The position numbers were made by a program, and so were the translations under genes. A stretch of DNA of 64,000 nucleotides. Source: an uncultured Acidobacteriota bacterium. GTDB lineage: Bacteria > Acidobacteriota > Thermoanaerobaculia > UBA5066 > Gp7-AA6. This document shows, one piece after another, positions 39,338 through 49,987 of this stretch. Position 1 is the first letter of the stretch. Each line of letters begins with the position of its first letter. The stretch covers positions 128,001 through 192,000 of the forward strand of contig CAVXTP010000017.1 of the NCBI GenBank assembly GCA_963764715.1, given 5' to 3'. The notes beneath the pieces were generated by a model. It was given only the letters and a program-made list of their open reading frames with translations. It was not told the origin of the DNA and ran no database searches.

Positions 39338-39679
39338 CTACTTCTTGGGGGCGAAACCCCGCACGTCGTTCTTCACCAGGCTCTGGATCTGCTCCGGCGT
39401 CAGCTTCTTTCCGAACGGGGGCATGTCGTCCTTGCCCTCGGTCACCGACTTGATGAGCGCGGCGTCGCTCTCGCCGGCCTGAAACTCGGCGTCGGTGAAG
39501 TCGCGGGCCTTGAGCATCTTTCCTTTCGACGTCGTGGCCTTGCCGTCGAGCCCGTGGCACTTGGCGCAATACTTCTCGAACGTCTCCGAAGGAGCCTTCG
39601 TCTCGGCCGCGTAGACCGCGACCGCGACGCCCAGGATCGATCCGAACACCAGACCGCCGAGAACCCGGGTCCGCCTCAT
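39338..39679 (-). CDS. Monoheme cytochrome c
   Basis: Signal peptide, CAKCHG, distal MPPF; ATGA overlap with SCO gene. Confidence 0.9.
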   Translation of the reverse strand: MRRTRVLGGLVFGSILGVAVAVYAAETKAPSETFEKYCAKCHGLDGKATTSKGKMLKARDFTDAEFQAGESDAALIKSVTEGKDDMPPFGKKLTPEQIQSLVKNDVRGFAPKK

Positions 39680-40599
39680 CCATTCCTCGCTTTCTGAAGA
39701 TCCTGGAGCACCGTCTCGGGCTCCCACTGGTCGCCGTAATAGATCGTCGCGAGCCGGCCGTCGGGACCGACGATCGCGACCGCCTGTGTGTGCACGATCT
39801 GTCCCTTGTCGGGGTAGTAGAGGACGCCGAAGATCTCGGCCACGCGCGCCACGGCCTTCGGATCGCCGGTGAGGAACCTCCAGCGCGCCGGATCGGCGCC
39901 CACGTGGCTCGCGTACTGCCGGAGGGCCTCGGGCGTGTCGTTCTGCGGATCGACCGTGACCGTGAGGAGCTCGCCGAACTTCTCCTTCACGAGCCCCGCC
40001 TGGATCTTCGAGAACCGCGCGACCGTGAGCGGGCAGGCCGTCGCGACGGGACAGCGCGTGTAGACGAACGTCACCGCCACGGGCTGGCCTCGGAACTGCG
40101 AGAGCCGGACCGCGGCGCCGGTCTGGTCGGTCAGCGTGAAGTCCGGCACGACGTCGCCGACGGCGATGCCCTTGTTGGGCTCGGGCTTGACGCCCGATCC
40201 GCCGAACGGGGTCGGCGTCGGGACGAAGCCCTTCGTCAGGATCCCCTCGAGGAAGTAGGTGCTGCCGTCGACGACGAGAGTCGCCTCGATGCGGTCGCCG
40301 GGGCGCAGGAAGGCGATCACCTTCGGATCGTCCCGGACCGGAAAGGCCATCGTCATCGCCGACATGAACCCCGGGATCTCCTCGTGGCTCACGGTGATCC
40401 GCGCGCGCGCGGGGTCGATCGCGGTGATCACGCCGCGCAGCGGATACCGCTTCGCGTCGGGGGAGACCGGCGCCGGCTTTTCGACAGCGATCGCGGGCTT
40501 CGTCGGAGCGCCGGACGGCACTTCCGCCTTCCGGCGGCAGGCCGGAACGGCGAGGGCCGCGAGCAGGAGGGCGGCGGCGGCGAAGGCGAGCCTCTTCAC
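39676..40599 (-). CDS. SCO1/SenC lipoprotein with N-terminal CusF-like copper-binding domain
   Basis: Lipobox VPAC; HEEIPGFMSAMTMAF; FVYTRCPVATACP; IVHT. Confidence 0.88.
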   Translation of the reverse strand: MKRLAFAAAALLLAALAVPACRRKAEVPSGAPTKPAIAVEKPAPVSPDAKRYPLRGVITAIDPARARITVSHEEIPGFMSAMTMAFPVRDDPKVIAFLRPGDRIEATLVVDGSTYFLEGILTKGFVPTPTPFGGSGVKPEPNKGIAVGDVVPDFTLTDQTGAAVRLSQFRGQPVAVTFVYTRCPVATACPLTVARFSKIQAGLVKEKFGELLTVTVDPQNDTPEALRQYASHVGADPARWRFLTGDPKAVARVAEIFGVLYYPDKGQIVHTQAVAIVGPDGRLATIYYGDQWEPETVLQDLQKARNG

Positions 40600-41414
40600 G
40601 GCGCCTTTCCTACAGGATTCGACGCCTCGATTTCAAAGGTTAAGGAAGCCCAAAGGCTCTGCCAGTCCGCGTCGGCCCCCGCGGGCGCGGGCCCCATCTC
40701 GACCGCCTTGATCATCCAGAATCCGGCTTTCGGAAGCCGGAGCGCCGCCCGGCCATCGCGGCCGGTCCGCGCGGAGAACGCCGCCGCAGGCTCTCCGTGG
40801 AGCTGCGCGTGGACGAGCGCGCCGGCGAGCGGCTTCCCCTCGAGCAGAAGGCGCACGGGCAGCGCATCGCCCGGGCGCAGCGCGTACGGGCTCTTCTCCG
40901 GAACGAGCTCGAGCGTGAAGCCGAGCGGCCGGTCGAAGCCCGCCGCGCCCGCGCTCCCGACGTCGAGGATCGCCTTGGCGCAGCGCGAGAAGACCTCGCG
41001 GCCGGGCTTGTCCGTCTCGCCTCGTTTCGCGCGCAGGGCCGCGATCTTCTCGAGGCCCTCCTCCTTCAGGTAGTCCTCGAACTTCGCCGCGTCGAGCGAC
41101 ACCGGGTAGTTGAGGCTGCGGTAACCGACGATCGCGAGGCCGGGCTCCGCGACGCGGATCGTCCCGGCCGGGTCGTCGCCGGGCCCGCCGGGAATCGCCT
41201 CTTCTCCGGATGCCGAGACGAGCACGAACTTCGAGACGAGCTGCGGCACGCGCGGAAACGGCTCGCCCTCGAAGTGGGGGCCGACGAAGAGGCGCAATCC
41301 GACCGTCGCGCCGACGGCCGGCCGGAAGCTCGACGGCTCGATCCAGAAGTCGTGCGCCGAAAGCGGCGAAGCCACGAGGGCCGCCGCCAGGACACTGGAG
41401 AAGAGACGCCTCAT
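40596..41414 (-). CDS. DUF4198 family exported protein
   Basis: Signal peptide + AHDFWIEP; FSRCAK; WQSLWASLTF. Confidence 0.88.
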   Translation of the reverse strand: MRRLFSSVLAAALVASPLSAHDFWIEPSSFRPAVGATVGLRLFVGPHFEGEPFPRVPQLVSKFVLVSASGEEAIPGGPGDDPAGTIRVAEPGLAIVGYRSLNYPVSLDAAKFEDYLKEEGLEKIAALRAKRGETDKPGREVFSRCAKAILDVGSAGAAGFDRPLGFTLELVPEKSPYALRPGDALPVRLLLEGKPLAGALVHAQLHGEPAAAFSARTGRDGRAALRLPKAGFWMIKAVEMGPAPAGADADWQSLWASLTFEIEASNPVGKAP

Positions 41415-42385
41415 CCGGCGGCCGCGGCCTTGCGCGAGGCGATGTAGCCCGAGAGCTTTGAGAGATCGACGTTGCCCCCCGAAATCACGACGCCGACCTT
41501 CTTGCCGAGGAAGTCCGCCTTCTTGTACCGCACCGCGGCCGCGGCGGCCGCGCCCGAGGGCTCCGCGAGGACCTTCATGCGCTCGAGCATGAAGGTCAGG
41601 GTCTCGACCATCTCGTCGTCGGACACGAGGAGGATGTCCTCGACCTTCTCCTGGACGATCGGGAACGTGAGCTTGCCCGGGGTCGTGACGCGCAGGCCGT
41701 CGGCGATCGTCGGATTCTGCTTGACCTCGACGCGCGCGCCGGCGGCGAGCGACCGCCTCGTGTCGTCGGCCGTCTCGGGCTCCGCGCCGTAGACCTTGAT
41801 GTCCGGGCGCATGTGGCGCGCGGCCGTGGCCCAGCCGCCGATGAGACCGCCGCCCGAGACGCACACGACGAGGGCGTCCAGGTCGGGCACGTCCTCGAGC
41901 AGCTCGACGGCGCCCGTGGCGGCGCCGGCCATGATGAGCTCGTCGTCGAAGGGCGGAACGAGCAGGGCGTTCTTCTCGCGCGCGATCTCGGCGGCGAGGT
42001 CGTCGCGGCTCTGCATCTGCCGGTCGTAGAGGACGACTTCCGCGCCGTAGCCGCGCGTGGCGTCGATCTTCGATTGCGGCGCGTCCTTCGGCATCACGAT
42101 CGTGGCGGAGAGGCCGAGGAGCTTCGCCACGAGCGCGACGGCCTGTGCGTGGTTCCCGGAGGAGAATGCGACGACGGCCTCGACCTTCCCCCGCTCGCTC
42201 TCGGCCTTGATCTTGTTGTAGGCGCCCCGGAACTTGAAGGCGCCGACGCGCTGCAGGTTCTCGGCCTTGAAGTGGACCTCCGCGCCGCACTCCGCGTCGA
42301 ACTGCTTCGAGTGGAGGACGGGCGTGCGGTGGGCCACCCCCGCAAGGCGTTTTCTCGCCGCTTGGATGTCTTCCCAGGTGGGCAT
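41411..42385 (-). CDS. PLP-dependent serine/threonine dehydratase family (threo-3-hydroxyaspartate ammonia-lyase-like)
   Basis: KAENLQRVGAFKFRGA, SSGNHAQ, GGGL, TIADG, SGGNVD. Confidence 0.92.
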   Translation of the reverse strand: MPTWEDIQAARKRLAGVAHRTPVLHSKQFDAECGAEVHFKAENLQRVGAFKFRGAYNKIKAESERGKVEAVVAFSSGNHAQAVALVAKLLGLSATIVMPKDAPQSKIDATRGYGAEVVLYDRQMQSRDDLAAEIAREKNALLVPPFDDELIMAGAATGAVELLEDVPDLDALVVCVSGGGLIGGWATAARHMRPDIKVYGAEPETADDTRRSLAAGARVEVKQNPTIADGLRVTTPGKLTFPIVQEKVEDILLVSDDEMVETLTFMLERMKVLAEPSGAAAAAAVRYKKADFLGKKVGVVISGGNVDLSKLSGYIASRKAAAAG

Positions 42386-42411
42386 CAGCAGTCACTCCAA
42401 TTCCCCGGGGC

Positions 42412-42470
42412 GTAGGGGCGGGGCTTGTCCCCGCCCTCCCGGATCGGGCGGCCACGAGGGCCGCCCCTAC
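42412..42470. repeat. REP doublet (REPIN-like)
   Basis: GTAGGGGCGGGGCTTGTCCCCGCCC - 9 nt - GGGCGGCCACGAGGGCCGCCCCTAC. Confidence 0.9.
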
Positions 42471-42483
42471 GACCGGGGGCCCA

Positions 42484-43824
42484 CTACGATACGACGACCG
42501 GCGTAATCGAGATCTGTCCCTTCCACTCCCCGATCGCCGCCAGCGCCCGGTCGACCATCCGCTGGCGCCGCACCTGCTTGTCCCGGACCGGCGAGTGCGA
42601 GGTGTCCTCGATCAGGCCGAACGTCACGTTCATCGGCTCGAACTTCTCCTCCGGCGGACGCTCCGAGCAGTGCCGCGCGAGCGACCCGATCGCGGTCGTG
42701 TAGGGCACCGGCACGGGCTCGCGGCCCTCGAGGAGCTGCGCCAGCGCGAGGCCGACGGCGAGCCCGGTCGCCGCGCTCTCGACGTAGCCCTCGACGCCCG
42801 TGATCTGGCCGGCGAAGAAGATCCGGGGCTCGCGGCGCATCCGAAAGAACCGGTCGAGGTGCGCCGGCGCGTGGATGTAGGTGTTGCGGTGGAGCATCCC
42901 GTAGCGCGCGAAGACGGCGTTCTCGAGGCCCGGGATCATCCGGAAGACGCGCTGCTGCTCCGGGATCTTCAGCTTCGTCTGGAAGCCGACGATGTTGTAG
43001 TGCTCCTTCGCGAGGTCGTCCTGCCGGAGCTGCACGACCGCCCACGGAAGGCGGCCCGTCTTCGGGTCGGGCAGGCCCATCGGCTTCATGGGCCCGTGGC
43101 GCAGCGTCTCGCGTCCGCGCTCGGCCATGACTTCGATCGGAAGGCACCCCTCGAAGTAGACGCCCTTCTCGAAGTCCTTGATCGGGACGGTCTCGCCCGA
43201 GAGCAGCGCGTCGAGGAACCGCTCGTATTCCTCGCGCGTCAGCGGGCAGTTCCAGTAGTCCTCGCCCTCGCCCTTGCCGTAGCGCGACATCGCGTACATC
43301 TTCGAGAGATCCAGCGAGGACGCCTCGACGATCGGCGCCATGGAGTCGTAGAAGTAGAGGTCCGCGGTCCCGAGGAGCTCCCCGATCGCACGATCGAGCG
43401 CCGGCGAGGTGAGCGGCCCCGTCGCGATGACCACGTACCCGTCCCGCGGGATCGACGTGACCTCCTCGCGGACGAGCTCGATCTCGGGACGCGCGGCGAT
43501 CGCATCGGTCACGAGGCCGGCGAAGACGTGCCGGTCCATCGCGAGGGCGTCCCCGGCCGGCACCGCCGCCGCCCGGGCGGACCGGATGACGAGCGAGTCG
43601 AGGGCCTCCATCTCCCGCTTGATGAGGCCGACGGCGTTGCGCGGGTTGTCGGAGCGGAACGAGTTCGAGCAGACGAGCTCGGCGCAGCGATCGGTTGCGT
43701 GCGCCGAGGTCGTCACCTTCGGCCGCATCTCGAAGAGCCGCACGCGGTGGCCCCGCCGGGCGAGCTGCCAGGCGCACTCCGAGCCCGCGAGGCCCGCCCC
43801 GACGATGGAGACCGTGTCAGTCAC
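42484..43824 (-). CDS. trmFO: FADH2/folate-dependent tRNA (uracil-54) methyltransferase
   Basis: GAGLAGSE, ELVCSNS, ATGPLTS, FEGCLPIE, GPMKPMGL, AGQITGVEGYVESAA. Confidence 0.96.
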   Translation of the reverse strand: MTDTVSIVGAGLAGSECAWQLARRGHRVRLFEMRPKVTTSAHATDRCAELVCSNSFRSDNPRNAVGLIKREMEALDSLVIRSARAAAVPAGDALAMDRHVFAGLVTDAIAARPEIELVREEVTSIPRDGYVVIATGPLTSPALDRAIGELLGTADLYFYDSMAPIVEASSLDLSKMYAMSRYGKGEGEDYWNCPLTREEYERFLDALLSGETVPIKDFEKGVYFEGCLPIEVMAERGRETLRHGPMKPMGLPDPKTGRLPWAVVQLRQDDLAKEHYNIVGFQTKLKIPEQQRVFRMIPGLENAVFARYGMLHRNTYIHAPAHLDRFFRMRREPRIFFAGQITGVEGYVESAATGLAVGLALAQLLEGREPVPVPYTTAIGSLARHCSERPPEEKFEPMNVTFGLIEDTSHSPVRDKQVRRQRMVDRALAAIGEWKGQISITPVVVS

Positions 43825-43857
43825 GGGGCCGATTCTATGGGCCGGACCGAAAGCAAC

Positions 43858-45766
43858 CTACCAGCCGCCTCCGCCGCCCCCGCCGGAGCTCCCGCCCCCG
43901 CCGCCTCCGCCGCCGCCCCCGCCGGAGGACGACGAAGGCGAGGCCACGCCCGCGGCGAGCGCACCCGCGGCCACGGCCCAGGTGCCGGACGCACCCGCGC
44001 CGCCAAAAGCGCCACCGCCGCCCGTCCAGCCTCCGCCGCTCGAGGACGACGACGAGGACGACCCGCTGCCGCTCGACGATCCCCGCCACGTCGTGCCCGC
44101 CCCGGTCGCGGCCGCCGCCGCGGCCCCGTGCGCCTTGAACCACTGGTCCGCCTCGGCGGTCAGGCCGAAGGCGACGACGTAGGGAAACCACTCGTCCTTC
44201 AGCCGCGGCGCGGGGCTGTGAAGCTCTCCGCCGAAATAGCGTCGGGCCGAGGCCAGGGCCTTGCGCCGCGCGATGCGGCGGGGGCCGTTGCGGGTCTTCG
44301 CGATGAAGAACACGCCGCTGACGACCGCGAGCCTCAGGAACAAGGTCCCGATGACGACGATCGCCGGGTAGCGGCCGCCCTCGCGCACCCCCATCCAGGC
44401 GAACCAGAAGAGCAGCGCCGGCACCCAAAGGAAGAGCGGCGACCAGGCGTCGAGGCGGTCGACCCGCTTCTGGTAGGCCCAGGCGCAGAGCGCGCCGATC
44501 CCGTACACGACGAGGTTGACGATGAAGATCCCGATCGCCGTGCCGAGCTCCTCGGCGTCGGTCAGGACCGCGTAGCCGTGCGCGGCGAAGCCAAGCGAGG
44601 AAGAGCAGCGCCGTGAGTCGCCCGCCCGTCGCCTCCGCCTTGTCCTGAAAGTCGGGAAGGGTCTTCAGCTTCGCCTCGAGGTCCGGCTTGATCTTCGAGG
44701 ACGGGTCGAACCCGCTCGCCTTGTAGTGCGCCTTGATCGCGTCGGTGTCGGTCTCCTTGCGGTTCGAGAAGAAGAGGGCAGAGACGAGGTCCCGGTCGTA
44801 GCCCGAAAGTTCCGAAACGGGCACGAGCAGCCGCATCGAGAGCTTCTTCCCCGAGGCCTCCGTCGAGATCTTCTTTTCGGCCGCGAGCCGCGCGAGGACG
44901 GCCGCGACCTCGGGGGCGCCGATCGTCTCGTCCCAGAGCGCCCCGGCTTCCTCGGGCGCGAGCGAGAGCAGGTTCTTCTCGAGCCAGGCCGCGTCGATCG
45001 CGCCGGGCGGGGTCAGCGGCGCGAACCGGCCGAGCGCCGTCTCGCGCCTGCGCCAGGCGGCGTAGAGCAGCACGATCGCGGCCGCCAGCACGCCGAGAAT
45101 CCCGCGCCGCATCCCCGGGCCCATCACCGACGCCGAAGCCACGGGCGCGCCGCTTCCCGTGTAGGCCAGCGGAACCGTCACGGTGAAGTTCGACTTCGCG
45201 GGAAGGACGCCGCTCTCGTACTTGCCCGGGAACGGCCCGAGGGGCTTCCACACCGGATCGAGCTCGAGCGAGACCCTGAGCTTCTGGATGGGCCACTCGG
45301 CTTCCGGGAGGCCGAAGTTGTGGTCGAGAAGGTAGGTGCTTCCCTGCTTCACGAGGACGCCCGAGAGAACGTAGGCGACCTCGTAGACGAGCGCGGTCTT
45401 CTGGAACTCGGGATCGGTCGGGAGCCGGCTCCGCCACCGCAGCACGCCCGGGCCCGTCCAGCCGAACTCGTCGACCGCCGAGAGGCCGCCCTCCGAGAGC
45501 GGATGCCGCGTGCCGTCGGGGTCGATGCGCGTCAGCGACTCGAGCTTCACTCCCTGGCCGCGGAAGAGGCGGAACGTGCGCTCTCCGCCGTTCCAGTCGC
45601 CCGTGAAGACCATCGACTGCGTCTCGACGACGTGCAGGGCGCCCTCGGCATCGAGCCGGGCCTTGACATCGATCGAGCTCCAGGAGAGCTCGCGGGCCGG
45701 GGCGAGCGACGCCGCCGCGAAAGCGAGGATCGACACCAGGAGCGCGCGATCGAGAGCTCGTTTCAT
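43858..45766 (-). CDS. DUF2207 family membrane protein; one +1 frameshift near 44594
   Basis: Signal peptide, periplasmic domain, TM block, PYVVAFGL, Gly/Ser tail ending GGGGW; length 3n+1. Confidence 0.82.
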
Positions 45767-45804
45767 GACTCGATTCTACGACCCGGCCGCGCGCAAGGCG
45801 CGCC

Positions 45805-46221
45805 TCACGCGATCCGCTCCTTGCGCCGCGCCACGGGAACGACGAACCGGATCGACGTCAGGCGCGGGGAGAAGGCCGCGATCTTGTTGTCGACGAGCCC
45901 AGCCGCGAGCCCCGCCTTCTGGACGTCGATCCAGAGGAACGGAAACTCGAGCTCGGCGACGAACGGCTTCTTCGGAAAGACGATCCAGAGCGAGCCCGCC
46001 GGCTCGAGGCGCTTCTCGAGGTCGGCGAAAAACGCCGAAAGCGAGCCTTCCGGGGGCACCTCGGCCATCAGCCACGCGTGCCGCCCGGCCGGGAGCTTCG
46101 CCACGCGCTCGACGAGCGGGCCGAAGGTCGAGCGCATCGTCTTCACGAACTCGTCGGAGCGGCCGAGAGCGTAGGCCGGGCCCTCGGCCGGGAGGGAGAA
46201 CTTCTCCCAGGGAGCCCTCAT
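45805..46221 (-). CDS. DUF3052-like protein
   Basis: GSLWIVFPKK, GLVDNKIAAF; ATG 6 nt after TAGAAT. Confidence 0.75.
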   Translation of the reverse strand: MRAPWEKFSLPAEGPAYALGRSDEFVKTMRSTFGPLVERVAKLPAGRHAWLMAEVPPEGSLSAFFADLEKRLEPAGSLWIVFPKKPFVAELEFPFLWIDVQKAGLAAGLVDNKIAAFSPRLTSIRFVVPVARRKERIA

Positions 46222-46256
46222 GCGCCGATTCTATGCGGGAGTCCTAAGATGGAGGC

Positions 46257-46976
46257 GTGACCTTCGAGGCGGACCTCTATCCCGACGAGTACTACGAGGG
46301 CCTGCACCGGGTCACCCCCTTCGCCGCGCCGACGCGCAAGTGGCGCGAGCGGGACCGGGACATCCTCCGGCTCGCTCTCCCCGCGCCGGACCAGGTGGTC
46401 CTCGATCTCGGCTCGGCCCGCGGCGACGTCTGCTTCCTCCTCGCGCCCCGCGTCCGGGAGGCGATCGGCGTCGACGCCTCGCGGCGGGCGCTCGAGATCG
46501 CCGAGGCCGAACGCACCCGCCGCGGCCTCGCGAACGTCCGCTTCGTGCGGAGCGACGTCGCGACCCTCGAGGGGATCCCCGACGCCTCGATCGACCTCGC
46601 CGGCGCCTTCGACCTGCTCGAGCACGTCGACGACGGGACGGTCCGGCAGATGCTGCGGGCGCTCGCGCGGGTCCTGAAGCCCGGGGGCGTCCTCGCCGCG
46701 TACACGCCCAACCGCGAGCACTACGTCGAGCGGCTCAAGGCGCACGACTTCCTGCTGAAGCAGTTCCCCGAGCACATCGCCGTGCGCCGGCCGCGGGAGA
46801 TCCGGCGGCTCCTCGAGGAGTCGGGCTGGCGGGTCCTCGCGCTGACCTACTCCCCCGCCCCGTTTCCGGCCGTCCGCTGGATCGAGAAGGCCCTCTGGAG
46901 GCTGCCCGGGATCGGCCGCCTCTTCCGCTACCGCATCCTCCTGCGCGCCGCGCCCGGGGCCGCACGCCGGGGATAG
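46257..46976 (+). CDS. Class I SAM-dependent methyltransferase
   Basis: VLDLGSARG, GVDAS, DLLEHV, LKPGG, TPN. Confidence 0.9.
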   Translation: MTFEADLYPDEYYEGLHRVTPFAAPTRKWRERDRDILRLALPAPDQVVLDLGSARGDVCFLLAPRVREAIGVDASRRALEIAEAERTRRGLANVRFVRSDVATLEGIPDASIDLAGAFDLLEHVDDGTVRQMLRALARVLKPGGVLAAYTPNREHYVERLKAHDFLLKQFPEHIAVRRPREIRRLLEESGWRVLALTYSPAPFPAVRWIEKALWRLPGIGRLFRYRILLRAAPGAARRG

Positions 46977-46988
46977 ACTGGTCGGTTC

Positions 46989-47850
46989 ATGCGCGTGAGC
47001 GTCGTCGTTCCCTGCCGTAACGCCGCCCGAACCGTCGGGCGAGGCCGTCGCGTCGGCGTTCGCCCAGTCCGAGCGGCCGGCCGAGGTCGTCGTGGTGGAC
47101 GACGCTTCGACGGACGGCTCGGCCGACGCCGCGCGCCAGGCCGGGGCCCGGGTCATCCGCAACGCCTCCCGGCGCAACGCCGGCGGAGCCCGCAACGCCG
47201 GCATCGAGGCGACGGAGGGCGACCTCCTCGGGTTTCTCGACGCCGACGCGGTCGCTCCGCCCGACTGGCTGGCGCGCGCCCGGAGCGCGTTCGAGAGCGA
47301 CCCGACGATCGTCGGCGTCGGCGGCCGGATCGTCAACGGCCGGCCGGGGCGCTACGGCGAGCTCGACTACTACTTGAACCACTCCGAGTGGATCGCCGCG
47401 GGCGCGCCCTCGGCGAAGGCCAACATCCCGACGATGGCGATCGTCTACCGGCGGGACGCGATCGGCCCGGTGCGCTTTCCCGAGACGAACACCGGCGAGG
47501 ACACGGTCTTCGCCCTCGCCGTCACGGCCCGCGGCGGACGGCTCTGGTACGACCCCGCGATCGCCGTGACGCACCGCCACGAGCGACTCGACTGGGGCGC
47601 GTTCTGGGAGAAGCAGGTCGCCTGCGGGCGGACGATCTACGAAACACGGCGCGACCACGACCGGCCGGGCAAGTCGCTCGTGCGCTTCCCGGCCCTGCTC
47701 CTCCTCTTCCCGCACCTCTGGATCACGGTCGGCCGGATGCTCCGCGCGGGCCATGGCGGCCGGGCCGTCGCGCTCTTTCCCTGGCTCTTCACCGGCGAGA
47801 TCGCGCGGATCAAGGGCTTCCTCCAGGCCCGGGAAGCCCGGGCCGCATGA
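46989..47850 (+). CDS. GT2 family glycosyltransferase; one +1 frameshift near 47039
   Basis: VSVVVPCRN then VVVDDASTD, ARNAG, FLDAD, GED; extra G in GGG run; length 3n+1. Confidence 0.87.
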
Positions 47851-48954
47851 CCGTTCGCAAGCTCGCGCAGGGCCTCGCCCTCGCCCGCGACTGGATCGCC
47901 CCGACGGACGCGATCGCGCAGTGGACCCACTTCGTGACCTCGGTCTGCAACGCGCGCTGCGCGCACTGCTTCTACCCGATCAACGCCGGCAAGAACGAGC
48001 TGACGCTCGAGGAGATGGACCGCTTCGCCGCGACGCTGCCGCCGATCCGGCTGCTGCTGATCTCCGGAGGCGAGCCGTTTCTCCGGCGCGATCTGCCGGA
48101 GCTCATCCGGATCTACTTCGAGCGCTGCGCCTTCTTCTCCGCCTCGATCCCGACCAACGGCTTCTCTCCCGACGAGATTGCCCGGGCGGCCGAGAAGATC
48201 TGCTCCTTCTCGCCGGACCTTTCGCTCGGCGTGACGGTCTCGATCGACGGCTTCCGGGACTTCCACGACCGCGTGCGCGCCGTGCCCGGGGCTCTACGAC
48301 CGGGCGCTCGCGACTCTCGAGGCCCTGATCGCGCTCTCGCGCCGGACGCCGAACCTCACGGCCGGCGTCACCACGGTCTTCATGCGGGACAACCAGAAGG
48401 AAGTCGAGGATTTCTGCGAGTTCGTCTACGCGAAGTACCGGCCGAACCACCACTCGCTCGGCTTCGTCCGCGGCGAGGCCTTCGACCCCTCCGTCAAGGA
48501 GGACCTCGACGTCGATCTGTATCTCCGCCTGTCGAAGACGATCGACCTCCGCTATCCTCCGGACGAGGCCCGGGGCGGCTGGAAGGGCGCCCGGACCCGG
48601 GCGCGGCGGGAGATCAACCGCCGCCGCTTCGAGTACATCGGCCGCCAGGCGAAGGGCGGAGCGTTCGAGGGGTTCTGCCTCGCCGGTGAAAGGGAGTACG
48701 TCCTGACGGAAGAGGGAAACATCCACGGCTGCGAGCTCATCTCGGACGTCCTCGGGAACGTGCGCGAGTCGGGCTACGACTGGGCGAAGATCCGCGAGAG
48801 CGAAGCCGCCCGGCAGTTCGTCTCCGCCAAGCACGCCCGCCTCTGCAAGTGCACGCACGAGTGCAACGCGCGGACGATGATCCTCTTCGACAAGAAGAAC
48901 GCCCTGCCGATCGTCGGAGCCATGGCCGGCTTCGAGGCGAGGCGCACGTCATGA
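47847..48954 (+). CDS. Radical SAM protein with C-terminal Twitch/SPASM-like Cys; one +1 frameshift near 48291
   Basis: CNARCAHC, SGGEPF, PTNG, SIDG..HD; FCLAG..GCE..CKCTHEC; extra G in GGGG run. Confidence 0.87.
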
Positions 48955-49904
48955 GCAAGGGAAAGAACGGTCTGCGCCTGAAGTCGCTCAAGTACATGCT
49001 CGAGCTGACGTCCCGCTGCAACCTGCGCTGCGGGATGTGTCCCATGGACGTCCTGACGCGGCCCTTCGAGGACGCGCCGTTCGACATGGTCGAGGACGTC
49101 GCCCGGCAGATGCGGGAGCTGAAGCTCCCGATGAAGTACCTGCACGAGATGGGCGAGCCCTTCCTCTACAAGCGGCTGTGCGAAGCGATCGACCTCTTCC
49201 CCGGCGTCTGCGTCTCGACCAACGGGACGCTGCTCTCCGAGCAGTGGGCCCGGGACATCCTCTCCTCGTCGCTCTCGAAGCTCCGCATCTGCATCGACAC
49301 GCTGAAGCCCGAGGTCTACCCGATCGTGCGTAAGGGCGGGAAGTTCGACGCCGTCGTCGAGAACATCCGCCGGTTCCTCGAGATGTCGAAGGGAAAGAAG
49401 ATCGTCGTCGAGATCCAGCGCATGATCACGACCCAGACGCACGACGAGAGCGTGCAGAGCTTCCGCGACTTCTTCCACCTCGACCGCTACCCGCAGGCGA
49501 CGATCATCCAGAAGACCTGCGAGGGCCTCGACACCTCCGAGGTCACCGAGCTCCACCAGGCCTACTACGGCTGCTTCCAGGGAACGCCGTACCAGTGGTT
49601 CGTCATCCTCTGCAACGGCGACGTCACGCACTGCTGCTACGACTACGACGGCACGCAGAAGCTCGGCAACGTCCGCGAGAAGTCGATTCCCGAGATCGCG
49701 GCCTCGCCGTTTCTCGCGACGATCGAGGAGGGGTTCCGCTCGGGCGACTTCTCGAAACTCCCGCGCTGCGCCGAGTGCTTCAAGAACCCGGCGGCGAAGC
49801 CGCCGCTGACCGACCGCCTCTGGCGCATCGCCCAGGCCTTCCCGTGGAAGGACCCCTTCCGGAAGTTCCTGAACGTCCCGGGCGTCCCGGGCGGAGAGAA
49901 CTAG
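48951..49904 (+). CDS. Radical SAM/SPASM protein
   Basis: CNLRCGMC, MGEPF, STNG; GCFQ..GDVTHCC..CAEC. Confidence 0.9.
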   Translation: MSKGKNGLRLKSLKYMLELTSRCNLRCGMCPMDVLTRPFEDAPFDMVEDVARQMRELKLPMKYLHEMGEPFLYKRLCEAIDLFPGVCVSTNGTLLSEQWARDILSSSLSKLRICIDTLKPEVYPIVRKGGKFDAVVENIRRFLEMSKGKKIVVEIQRMITTQTHDESVQSFRDFFHLDRYPQATIIQKTCEGLDTSEVTELHQAYYGCFQGTPYQWFVILCNGDVTHCCYDYDGTQKLGNVREKSIPEIAASPFLATIEEGFRSGDFSKLPRCAECFKNPAAKPPLTDRLWRIAQAFPWKDPFRKFLNVPGVPGGEN

Positions 49905-49962
49905 GTAGAGCTTCGCGGTCGGCGTTCCGCCCGAAGCGCCGGGACGGACCATGCGGCCGCCC

Positions 49963-49987
49963 GGGCGGGGACAAGCCCCGCCCCTAC
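49963..49987 (-). repeat. REP palindrome whose GTAG provides the topA stop codon
   Basis: Reverse complement is GTAGGGGCGGGGCTTGTCCCCGCCC. Confidence 0.9.

Noticed and set aside
43858-44070. GCC/CCG-rich low-complexity stretch
   Set aside because: Encodes the usual Gly/Ser tail of DUF2207 proteins.
47847-49904. Radical SAM pair as RiPP maturases
   Set aside because: No precursor ORF, RRE/PqqD domain, peptidase or exporter nearby; GT2 and methyltransferase context instead.
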